This document shows positions 19,423 to 28,271 of a stretch of 64,000 nt of DNA, piece after piece. A program made the translations under genes and the position numbers. This DNA is from a bacterium. GTDB lineage: Bacteria > Zhuqueibacterota > Zhuqueibacteria > Zhuqueibacterales > Geothermadaptataceae. The stretch lies in NCBI GenBank assembly GCA_024275575.1, contig JAJRYV010000130.1, positions 60,565 through 124,564 of the forward strand. The letters are read 5' to 3'. The notes beneath the pieces were generated by a model. It made no database searches, was not told where the DNA came from, and saw only the letters and a list, made by a program, of their open reading frames with translations. How positions within the stretch are numbered: the stretch's first letter is position 1; the number at the start of each line of letters is the position of its first letter.

Positions 19423-20565
19423 GTGGAATTCTTTTTATTTTTGAATATAACGCTGATCGTTTATGTTTATGCCGGCTATCCGTTGTTGCTGCTTTTCATG
19501 CAGAAACTTGGATTCGTTAAACCGGTGGCTAAGAAAACATATTTACCCAAAGTGGCGCTGGTGATTTCTGCGTATAACGAGGAAGAAGTCATCGCGGCAA
19601 AACTGGAGAACTCCTGCCGCCTCGATTACCCTGCTAAAAAGTTGGATATCGTCGTCATTTCAGATTGCTCTGAAGACCGCACCGATGAGATCGTTTCCGG
19701 CTTTGCTGTGGAAAATGTGCGTCTGGTTCGCCTTGCCGAACGGAGCGGCAAAACCACCGGTCTCAATCAGGTCGTACCGTTGCTCAATGCGGATATCGTG
19801 ATTTTTTCCGATGCCAACGCCATTTACGATAGAAATGTGGTGAAAAATGTAGTACGAAATTTCGCCGACCCTACAGTCGGTGTCGTTACCGGCGAATCAC
19901 GCTATACTATCGATGAAAACGATCATTCCACGGAGAATGAAAATCTTTATTGGCGCTACGAACTGGCGATCAAGAAAATGGAGAGCAATATCGGTTCCCT
20001 CGTCGGTGGCGATGGCGCCATTTACGCGATCCGCCGTTTGCTTTACCAGCCGATGCAGGCATCCGATTTATCCGATTTTGTTAATCCACTGCAGATCGTC
20101 TGTTTGGGCTATCGTAATGTTTACGAAGCAGAAGCCTTTTCCTACGAAAAGGGCGGTGAAAGTTTTGATAGGGAATTCCGCCGAAAAGTGCGCATTGTCA
20201 ACCGGGCGTGGCGCGGCATGATGACCATGCGCCGTGCGCTCAATCCTTTCAAATTCGGTTTTTTTGCCGTGCAGGCCATCTCTCATAAATTATTACGCTG
20301 GCTGGTGCCGGTTTTCATGATTTTCACTTTTATCAGCAATTTTTTTCTGCTTGAGAATAACCCGGTTTTTAAAAGTCTGTTTGCTGCGCAGGTATTATTT
20401 TACTTGCTTGCCGGCCTTGGCCGCTTATACCGGAGGCGTGAGAAAACCCCAGCTGTTTTTTATATTCCGTATTATTTTTCGCTGGTCAATTTTGCCAGCC
20501 TGCAAGGCATTATTGAAAACTATCGCGGTCATACTTACACCGTCTGGAATACCGTGCGCGAGTAA
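19423..20565 (+). CDS. Membrane-embedded family-2 glycosyltransferase (possible synthase type)
   Basis: N-terminal TM, then GT2 motifs 'VALVISAYNEEEVI', 'VVISDCSEDRTDEI', 'IFSDANA', 'GGDGAIYAIRR'. Three or four C-terminal TM helices ('FFAVQAISHKLLRWLVPVFMIFTFISNFFLL', 'LFAAQVLFYLLAGLGRLY', 'VFYIPYYFSLVNFASL'). GTG start. Confidence 0.85.
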   Translation: MEFFLFLNITLIVYVYAGYPLLLLFMQKLGFVKPVAKKTYLPKVALVISAYNEEEVIAAKLENSCRLDYPAKKLDIVVISDCSEDRTDEIVSGFAVENVRLVRLAERSGKTTGLNQVVPLLNADIVIFSDANAIYDRNVVKNVVRNFADPTVGVVTGESRYTIDENDHSTENENLYWRYELAIKKMESNIGSLVGGDGAIYAIRRLLYQPMQASDLSDFVNPLQIVCLGYRNVYEAEAFSYEKGGESFDREFRRKVRIVNRAWRGMMTMRRALNPFKFGFFAVQAISHKLLRWLVPVFMIFTFISNFFLLENNPVFKSLFAAQVLFYLLAGLGRLYRRREKTPAVFYIPYYFSLVNFASLQGIIENYRGHTYTVWNTVRE

Positions 20566-20607
20566 CCCGTTTAACCTGAAACTTTAAATTTGTAACCAGT
20601 AATCTTC

Positions 20608-21624
20608 ATGATCATCCTGCGCTTTATCAAAATGCAAATTTCCCGATTGGTCAAAATCATCCTGTTTTATTCAGGCTTTTTTGCCCTGTTGCGACGTTTG
20701 AAACCAAACCGGAAAATCGCCATTTTACGTTACCACGCCGTTGTCGAACGACGCAAAAACGATTACACCAGCCCGTCAATTTCCATCTCGCCGCGGCAAT
20801 TTGAGAAACACGTTCGCTATTTCAGCAGAAACTACAACATCATTTCGTTAGATAGGGCAGTAGAACTGCTGCGCGGGAACAAACCGGCGCCGGAAAATGC
20901 CGTCGTTTTTACTTTTGATGACGGCTATGCCGATAATTATCGCGCCGGGAAAATTTTAAAAAAATATCAGGCAAACGGAACGGTTTATCTCACGGCCCAC
21001 GCTGTCGATCGCCGCGAATATTTTTGGCTATCGGAGGTGACAACACTGATATTGAAATCGGTGAAAAAGGAATTCTCCATCGGACACCAGGGTGAAAAAA
21101 CGACGTATAGCCTGAAGAATATCGTGCAGCGCTGGCGTGCTGTTCGTGCCATGATTAAGCTGATCAAAAGCAACAATCTGCAAACGCGTGAAGCAGTGCG
21201 GGTGCAATTACGCAAACAATTGGCAACAGATCAATTTCACCATAAAATGCAAAATCTGATGCTGGACTGGCAGCAGATCAGGGAAATGCAGACAAGCGGC
21301 ATGACTTTTGGCGCCCATACACTGACGCACCTCAACCTGCCGAATGCAGATTACGAAGATGCGCTGCAGGAAATTGCTGAAAGTAAAGTTTTTATCGAAG
21401 AGAAAACCAGTGTGCCCGTGCGGCATTTTTCCTATCCCAACAGCGGCCCGTATGCGTATTTTACACCAGCTGTGCGCAACATGGTGGAGAATAGCGGTTA
21501 TGCTTCGGCTGTGACCAGCGCTGCCGGTTTCGCCGCTGCCGGTGATGATTTGTTTGCCATAAAACGAGTACGTACTGTGCCCTCGCTGGTGGAAACCGTC
21601 GCTGGAATTGCGCTCTCAAAATGA
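20608..21624 (+). CDS. Polysaccharide deacetylase (NodB homology domain), membrane-anchored
   Basis: N-terminal TM 'LVKIILFYSGFFALL', NodB motif 1 'VVFTFDDGYADNY', His motif 'GAHTLTHLNLP'. Confidence 0.8.
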   Translation: MIILRFIKMQISRLVKIILFYSGFFALLRRLKPNRKIAILRYHAVVERRKNDYTSPSISISPRQFEKHVRYFSRNYNIISLDRAVELLRGNKPAPENAVVFTFDDGYADNYRAGKILKKYQANGTVYLTAHAVDRREYFWLSEVTTLILKSVKKEFSIGHQGEKTTYSLKNIVQRWRAVRAMIKLIKSNNLQTREAVRVQLRKQLATDQFHHKMQNLMLDWQQIREMQTSGMTFGAHTLTHLNLPNADYEDALQEIAESKVFIEEKTSVPVRHFSYPNSGPYAYFTPAVRNMVENSGYASAVTSAAGFAAAGDDLFAIKRVRTVPSLVETVAGIALSK

Positions 21625-21688
21625 GAAGAGCATAAAAAAATATTGAGTCGAGCTGAAGATAGCAGCCACAGGAGTTTTTAGAAAAAGA

Positions 21689-23101
21689 ATGGAACGCAAA
21701 AACAAGTTATTAGCCATCGCTTTTATCTATCCGCCGATGGCGCGCGCTGGTGTGCACCGCAGTGTACGATTCGTGCGCTATCTTAAAGAATTGGGTTGGG
21801 ACATCACTATTTTGACCGCTGCTGAAAAATACTACCCACCGCAGACACCGGTCGATCACGGATTAAACAGCAAAATTCCGGCCGGGGTGAATTTGGCCCG
21901 TACAGCAGTTTTTCAGGGTATGTATAAATTATTTAATCTCAAGGTGCGGCGGGCTAAAAACAAAATTGGCGGTGTAAAAGATAAACGCGATGCGCCACAA
22001 ACAACACCCATTCCGCACGCCGAATTGACCTCGGTCGCCGGTAAAATCAAATCGCCAAAAAGCAATGCCGGAAAATCGAAAAAACAGCATGTTAAAGATT
22101 TTATTTTCGATCTTTTCACCCTGCCGGACAAGGAAGTTTTTTGGCTACCTTATGCGGTAGCGCGCGGCTGGCGCCTGCATCGGCAAAATAAATACGATAT
22201 CATTTATTCCACCGCACCGCCGTTTACCGGTCATTTGATCGCCCTGTTTTTGAAAAAGAGTTCCGGCAAACCGTGGATCGCCGATTTTCGTGACCCCTGG
22301 GCGCGCGCTCCGATGAAAAAGAAAGAGCTCGCAGGCACATTCCGCGGTCGTGCAGTACATTTTTTTGAGCGCAAATTTATTGAAAATGCCGACAAGGTCA
22401 TCCTCAACACTGATTGGGCACGGCGGGAATTCCGCCAGTTTTACAAAGGCAAACTCGGGGAGAAATTTGTCGTCATCAACAATGGTTTTGACCCGGAAGA
22501 TTTCGAAAATCTGCAATCGGCAAATTCGCCGGCACCGGCGAAATTCCGCATCACTCACACCGGCGCACTCTACCGCATGCGCGATCCCGGCAATTTTTTT
22601 CGCGCCGTCGATGCGGTGATCGATGCGGGCATCATTGCGAAAAATGAGATCGAAGTCAATTTTATCGGTATTATCGCACGCGAGATTTACAAGTCATTTT
22701 CAAATTTATCCCACCTTGAAGATGTGGTAAAAGTCTATCCGCCGGTGAGCCATGATGAGGCGCTGCGCTTTCAATCGCAGGCTGATGTGTTGCTGGCTTT
22801 GCAGCCAGGCACAAATCTCAGTATCCCCGGGAAAATCTTCGAATATATCGCGCTGAAAAAATACATTTTGGCGGTGACCATCCCCGGCGCCACGGCTGAT
22901 CTGGTGTGTAATTATCATCTCGGTAGCGTCGTCGATCCCAACGATTTTGAGGCGATGAAAAGGGAATTGATCCAGCTCGTTGAAAAGTGGCGACATGATA
23001 AACTACAGCTCAATTTAAACGGGGCATATGAAAAATTCAACGGACGCAATCTGACGCTTGAATTGCATCACCTGTTGACCGAACTTTCAGGTGGCCGATG
23101 A
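21689..23101 (+). CDS. GT-B fold glycosyltransferase (family 4/1-like)
   Basis: 'FIYPPMARAGVHRSVRFVRYL', 'IIYSTAPPFTGHLIA', 'ENADKVILNTDWARREF', and the C-terminal nucleotide-sugar motif 'IPGKIFEYIALKKYILAV'. Confidence 0.7.
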   Translation: MERKNKLLAIAFIYPPMARAGVHRSVRFVRYLKELGWDITILTAAEKYYPPQTPVDHGLNSKIPAGVNLARTAVFQGMYKLFNLKVRRAKNKIGGVKDKRDAPQTTPIPHAELTSVAGKIKSPKSNAGKSKKQHVKDFIFDLFTLPDKEVFWLPYAVARGWRLHRQNKYDIIYSTAPPFTGHLIALFLKKSSGKPWIADFRDPWARAPMKKKELAGTFRGRAVHFFERKFIENADKVILNTDWARREFRQFYKGKLGEKFVVINNGFDPEDFENLQSANSPAPAKFRITHTGALYRMRDPGNFFRAVDAVIDAGIIAKNEIEVNFIGIIAREIYKSFSNLSHLEDVVKVYPPVSHDEALRFQSQADVLLALQPGTNLSIPGKIFEYIALKKYILAVTIPGATADLVCNYHLGSVVDPNDFEAMKRELIQLVEKWRHDKLQLNLNGAYEKFNGRNLTLELHHLLTELSGGR

Positions 23102-24138
23102 AAATTGTTGTCGAAGATGTTCTAACGGCAATTTCGCAAGACCGTGATGTGTATTTCCCCACCGGACTCACCACTCCCCTGAAGATTTCAAAAAAAATAT
23201 GGCGGCCCTACAGCCGTGTTTTCCGCATTGAAGCGAGAACCGGAGACGGTGTCCGTTATTTTTGGGTGAAATTGTTTAAAGTACCGAAGAATTTTCAGGA
23301 AATGGCGGACAAATATCTCGCCAGACTGCAAACCGAGTTCGATATTGCAACGCAGTTGCAACAGGCTTTTGAGAATATGCCCGGGGTGCAGGTTGTGGCA
23401 CCTCTCGCGGTTTTTCCGCAGTTCGGTGCTGTCGCAACCTGGGAAAGCCGGGGCAAACCGTTCAGCGACCTGATCGATCAATACGGCCGCCGCTGGTCGA
23501 AAAAAAATCACGATCAATCGTTGCTGGATTATGCATTTAAAAGTGGCCGGGCTTTGGCGCGTTTACAGGAGTTCACGCTGACCGATCAGGTTTTTCAGCC
23601 GCAGGAACTCATCGAATATATCGATATCCGTCTGCAACGCCTGGTAAAAAACAATCGCGCGCCATTTTCCGGAAAAGAGCGGAAAATGGTGCGCGATTAT
23701 CTCGATCGGCAAATTCCGGCTGTCCCTGCGGCTGAATGCCGTATCAGTGGCGTACACAGTGACTTTGGCGCTTTTAATGTGCTCGCTGAAGACGGCTGCA
23801 TTACCCTGAGCGATTTTACCTCTTATAAGCTTGGCTCGACCTACGTCGATTTGACCTATTTTCATCATCGGCTCGGCGGTTTTCTGCACAAACCGGTTTT
23901 CCGGGAAGAATTGATCCGGCAATTGCAACAGCAGTTCCTTGCCGGATATGGGGGGGCCGGGGTCGAGCGCCATCACATGTTTACTCTTTCGCTATTGCGC
24001 CACACCATCAATAATTTCAGCTCTCTCGCGCGCAACCGCCGTGGCGGGCTTGGCAGAATTCCATTGCCGCATGTCCGGCTTTTCAATCGCCGCATTTTCA
24101 AAATTTATAGAAAATGGCTGCATGATATCTGCAAATGA
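23098..24138 (+). CDS. Protein-kinase-like fold phosphotransferase (APH/choline-kinase-like), function unknown
   Basis: Catalytic-loop-like 'GVHSDFGAFNVL' (H.D....N) followed by a DFG-like 'ITLSDFTS'. The start ATG overlaps the GT4 stop (ATGA at 23098-23101). Confidence 0.5.
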   Translation: MKIVVEDVLTAISQDRDVYFPTGLTTPLKISKKIWRPYSRVFRIEARTGDGVRYFWVKLFKVPKNFQEMADKYLARLQTEFDIATQLQQAFENMPGVQVVAPLAVFPQFGAVATWESRGKPFSDLIDQYGRRWSKKNHDQSLLDYAFKSGRALARLQEFTLTDQVFQPQELIEYIDIRLQRLVKNNRAPFSGKERKMVRDYLDRQIPAVPAAECRISGVHSDFGAFNVLAEDGCITLSDFTSYKLGSTYVDLTYFHHRLGGFLHKPVFREELIRQLQQQFLAGYGGAGVERHHMFTLSLLRHTINNFSSLARNRRGGLGRIPLPHVRLFNRRIFKIYRKWLHDICK

Positions 24139-24369
24139 ATGTTACCTGTGAGTTTTAACTAAATTTCTTTGCTGGATATCACGACAAACATGCGCAGAAA
24201 TTTCGCACTGAATGTACTTTTTAACTAAGGCAAACAAGCGCTGCGGAATTGTCTGTCCCGTTGTGGGCGAGCAGAATTATAAATTTGGGCAGCCTGAAGA
24301 ATAAATATTTCCATAGCTCAATAAGGAATCCGCAGGGGTTCCTTTTATATATCGATTTTTGAGGTAGAA

Positions 24370-26955
24370 ATGCAAAACAGACACCCGCATGAAATTTATA
24401 AAGAACCGCGGTCGCGCCGCGTTAAATATCTCGTAGTCGCTTTTTTATTGATGATGGCTAATGCGGGCTATCTCTTTACTTTCAGCGAAGTCAGCACCTT
24501 TTATTTTCTTAACGTACTGTTTCATATCTCTGTTGGGTTGCTTCTCATCATTCCCTTTGTGACCTACACTTTTCGCTACTTGCAGCAGGATGTTTGCTTT
24601 GGCAAAAGCTTTGGCCGCAGCATGGGCAATCTCGGTTTTGCCGCGCTGACAATTGGTTTTATCTGCGGGCTGGCCATTCTGTTTCGCGGGAAAATGTCAC
24701 GCGAGAGCTGGCTTTTTTATTCTCACATCGCGTTTTGCGTTTTCGGCTCTCTGGCGATTATCAGCTCCATTCGCCGCGCCGGTTATCAGATCAGTGTGGA
24801 TAATGTCTATACCAACGCCGGTCGCTGGGGGCTGGTTGTTTTCGTCATTTCCGGCATGCTGCCGGTTCTGGGATTCGGTGTGCGCTGGGTCTTTCCGGCA
24901 CTCAATCATTTTATTCACAATAATGACGTCGCAAAAAATTTGATGCACGATCTCACCGATGAACAGGTTTTCAACAGTTTTTATGCCAGCCCGGCCTCCA
25001 GTTCGTCAGGTGAGGTGATCGATACCGATTTTATCAACGATTCAGCGACTTGCGGGCAGAGCGGCTGCCACACAGGGATTTATGAACAATGGAAAAAATC
25101 GTCACACCGCGCTGCAGCGCTGGAAAATGAATGGTTCCGCAGTTCTATCGAAAAATTGCAGGAAAAAGGTGAGCAGGCAACGGTTAATTACTGTACTGGC
25201 TGTCATGCGCCGGGTTTGCTCTTGTCCAATGAAGCGAAACTGCCGGTGGAAACGCTGGTGCAGCAACATGCTGACAAATCACGCATCGGCTGCAACGCTT
25301 GTCATGCAACCAAGCGGGTGAACAATACACTCGGTAACGGTGATTATGTTTTGCAACGGCCGCGGTCTTATGCGCACATGGCATCGGAAGTTAAAGCAGT
25401 GCGTCATTTATTTGCTTTTAAACTGCATGTGGACCCGGAGCCACATAATGAATTTTTTCTCAAACCCTTTATGACGCGGCAGAATGCCGAATTCTGTTCC
25501 AGTTGTCACAAACTTAACAGCGCAATTCACCATACTGAAGACCTGGCGATCGGTGCGATGGATATCTATGATTCCTGGCAAAAGGGGCCGTTTGCCGGTG
25601 AACGTATCGATTCATTTTTCCCGGTGCGTGAGCATGATTGTGCCGATTGCCACATGCCGCGCATAAAAATGGATGATCCGGCTGCTTCAATCGGCACGGT
25701 GCATGATCATTCTTTCACCTATCATGTGCGGGAAGTGGCAGATGCCGATTCGAACTCCATCGTCGATTCACGCTATACCATCAGTCCGCTCAAGATGGAA
25801 ATTGTCGCGCTGCGAACGCAGAATGACAACGAAACAGCACAGAATTTTGCGGCCTTCGATAATGAAGAAGTCAACCTCGCTGCGGGTATGATGGTGGAGA
25901 TGGAAGTGCTCATTCAGTCGACCGAAGTGGGGCACGATTTTCCCGGCCGCTACAGCGAATCAATAGACACATGGCTTGAATTTATCGTCGAGGACAATCT
26001 TGGGCGCCGTGTTTTTCATTCCGGCGCCATCGATGATTTTGACCGTATCGATCCACAGGCGGAGTTTTGGGGAACGATTTATGAAGATCAGAACGACAAA
26101 CGCATCGAATGGCCACATGGATTTTCCGCCCAAAAAATTCGCCATGACCGGCGCATTGCGCCTCACACTTCCGAGCTCGTACGCTACAGGTTTCTCATCC
26201 CGGAAAATTGCGGCCCCGAACTGCGGGTTTTCGCACGCTTAAAACAACGCCGCCGACGCCGGGCTAATACACAACAGTTGACGATGAAGGGACAGAACGG
26301 CATGAGCTCGCATGCCGGCACAAATGACAAAACCGACGGACTCAAGCTCGTTGCCGAGACCGCAGCTTATTTTTCCCTGAAAGCCAAAAAATGGCTGCAG
26401 CCTGCCGGCAATGGACCAACAGCTGCAGGGAAATTCCTCACCTGGGCAAATTATGGTGTCGCCCTTTTTCTGCAAAAACAATGGCCTCAAGCCGAACGGG
26501 CCTTTCTGCAAGCTGCAAAAATCAACAGTGATACTGTCGATATCTGGATTAACTTATCGCGCACAACACTCGCCAGCGGTGATTTGGCAACGACGGCGAT
26601 TTATCTCGACCGTGCCCGTATTCTCGATCCGGAATCGGAAAAGATCAAGTTTTATCAGGCGCTGCTTTTGGCGGCGCAAGGTGATTTTGACCGCGCCCAC
26701 GTTATTCTACGCGATATTCGAAAAAACTTCTATTCCGATCGGGTTTTTCTGTTTAAATTAGCCGAAATCCAGATGAAGCGTAAATATTATAACAAGGCGA
26801 GCAAATGGTACAAAAAAATTCTCGATATCGCTCCTGATGATATCGAGGCGCACCGTGGTTTGCGCGCAGTCTACAAAATGCTCGGCAAGGATGATGCGTT
26901 TGAAAACGAGGAAAGAATTATACATGCGCTGGAAGAAGCGTTGTCGCACCGATGA
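24370..26955 (+). CDS. Membrane-anchored multihaem c-type cytochrome fused to C-terminal TPR repeats
   Basis: About five N-terminal TM helices. Haem sites: CGQSGCH (CX4CH, 25051-25071), CTGCH (25192-25206), CNACH (25291-25305), CSSCH (25495-25509), CADCH (25639-25653). The C-terminal TPRs include 'WANYGVALFLQKQWPQAERAFLQAAKINSD' and 'ASKWYKKILDIAPDDIEAHRGL'. Confidence 0.8.
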   Translation: MQNRHPHEIYKEPRSRRVKYLVVAFLLMMANAGYLFTFSEVSTFYFLNVLFHISVGLLLIIPFVTYTFRYLQQDVCFGKSFGRSMGNLGFAALTIGFICGLAILFRGKMSRESWLFYSHIAFCVFGSLAIISSIRRAGYQISVDNVYTNAGRWGLVVFVISGMLPVLGFGVRWVFPALNHFIHNNDVAKNLMHDLTDEQVFNSFYASPASSSSGEVIDTDFINDSATCGQSGCHTGIYEQWKKSSHRAAALENEWFRSSIEKLQEKGEQATVNYCTGCHAPGLLLSNEAKLPVETLVQQHADKSRIGCNACHATKRVNNTLGNGDYVLQRPRSYAHMASEVKAVRHLFAFKLHVDPEPHNEFFLKPFMTRQNAEFCSSCHKLNSAIHHTEDLAIGAMDIYDSWQKGPFAGERIDSFFPVREHDCADCHMPRIKMDDPAASIGTVHDHSFTYHVREVADADSNSIVDSRYTISPLKMEIVALRTQNDNETAQNFAAFDNEEVNLAAGMMVEMEVLIQSTEVGHDFPGRYSESIDTWLEFIVEDNLGRRVFHSGAIDDFDRIDPQAEFWGTIYEDQNDKRIEWPHGFSAQKIRHDRRIAPHTSELVRYRFLIPENCGPELRVFARLKQRRRRRANTQQLTMKGQNGMSSHAGTNDKTDGLKLVAETAAYFSLKAKKWLQPAGNGPTAAGKFLTWANYGVALFLQKQWPQAERAFLQAAKINSDTVDIWINLSRTTLASGDLATTAIYLDRARILDPESEKIKFYQALLLAAQGDFDRAHVILRDIRKNFYSDRVFLFKLAEIQMKRKYYNKASKWYKKILDIAPDDIEAHRGLRAVYKMLGKDDAFENEERIIHALEEALSHR

Positions 26956-27177
26956 ATGAACCGGCATCTCCTTGCTGAATGAAATCACAGAATTAACGCT
27001 TGCGTTTGTCCTCATTTTTTTATTCTTTTAGCGAATTCTTTCTGAAAAATTAAAGCAGTCATAATTCCAAAACCTTTCGATAAAAAGCACGGTTATTTTC
27101 CCGCTTTTATTTCTTCCAAACCTTTAACGAATTCCGAATACCTGTCTCATTTCACAATACCGGAGCATTTACTTTCA

Positions 27178-28233
27178 ATGACGGCAAAACTCATTCTCGA
27201 AGATGGCACAATTCTTTTCGGCACTTCTTTCGGCGCAATGGAATCTTCAGTCGGTGAGGTCGTTTTTAATACCGGCATGGTCGGTTACCCGGAAACACTT
27301 ACAGACCCCTCATACACCGGCCAAATTCTGGTTTTAACTTATCCTCTCGTGGGCAATTACGGTGTCTCCGAACGCCTCATCCAGGATAATTTACAGCGCT
27401 ATTTTGAATCCGATAAAATACATCTGCGCGGGCTTGTCATCTCTGAATTGTCCAAATCCTACAGCCACTGGAATGCGGTGCAGAGCCTTGATTCCTGGTT
27501 ACAGGAACAAAAAATTCCGGGTATTTACGGAATTGATACGCGCATGCTGACTCAAAAATTGCGCACCCGCGGTTCGATGCTCGGCAAGCTGATCAAACGT
27601 GAGGAATATCTTGATTTTCATGATCCCAACGGTGAAAATCTCGTCGCCCGCGCGAGCCGGAAAACACCGCAGATTTTCGGCGCCGGAAAAAAACGTGTGC
27701 TCGTGCTCGATTGCGGTTGCAAAAACAACATTATCCGCTCCCTGGTTTGCCGCGGCGTCGAAGTGTATGTCGTGCCCTGGAACTGGCCTGCTGAAAAGGA
27801 GCAATTCGATGCTGTGTTGATCTCCAACGGCCCCGGCGATCCGGTGCAAGCCATGAAAACCGTGGAAACGGTACGCAAACTGTTGGCCCTCGGCAAACCC
27901 ATTCTCGGCATTTGCATGGGTAACCAGATTCTTTCTCTTGCAGCCGGAGCGCGCACTTATAAACTGAAATACGGCCATCACAGCCAGAATCAACCCTGTG
28001 TGCAGGTCGGCAGCAAGCGTTGTTTTATCACCTCACAAAATCATGGTTACGCCGTCGATGAAAATACCCTGCCGGAAGGTTGGTTGCCGTGGTTTTTTAA
28101 TGCCAACGACGGAACAAACGAGGGGATTCGTCACAAGTTGCAACCATTCATGAGTGTGCAATTCCATCCCGAAGCCACACCGGGGCCGGTAGAAACGAAT
28201 TTCATTTTTGATGAGTTTATCGAAATGGTTTAA
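27178..28233 (+). CDS. carA: Carbamoyl-phosphate synthase small (glutaminase) subunit
   Basis: N-terminus 'LILEDGTILFGTSFGA...GEVVFNTGMVGYPETLTDPSY', GATase triad region 'PILGICMGNQIL' and 'SVQFHPEA'. It lies directly upstream of carB. Confidence 0.95.
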   Translation: MTAKLILEDGTILFGTSFGAMESSVGEVVFNTGMVGYPETLTDPSYTGQILVLTYPLVGNYGVSERLIQDNLQRYFESDKIHLRGLVISELSKSYSHWNAVQSLDSWLQEQKIPGIYGIDTRMLTQKLRTRGSMLGKLIKREEYLDFHDPNGENLVARASRKTPQIFGAGKKRVLVLDCGCKNNIIRSLVCRGVEVYVVPWNWPAEKEQFDAVLISNGPGDPVQAMKTVETVRKLLALGKPILGICMGNQILSLAAGARTYKLKYGHHSQNQPCVQVGSKRCFITSQNHGYAVDENTLPEGWLPWFFNANDGTNEGIRHKLQPFMSVQFHPEATPGPVETNFIFDEFIEMV

Positions 28234-28271
28234 GTGTTAGAACAATTTCGTGTAAGGGAAATTATTGAGAA

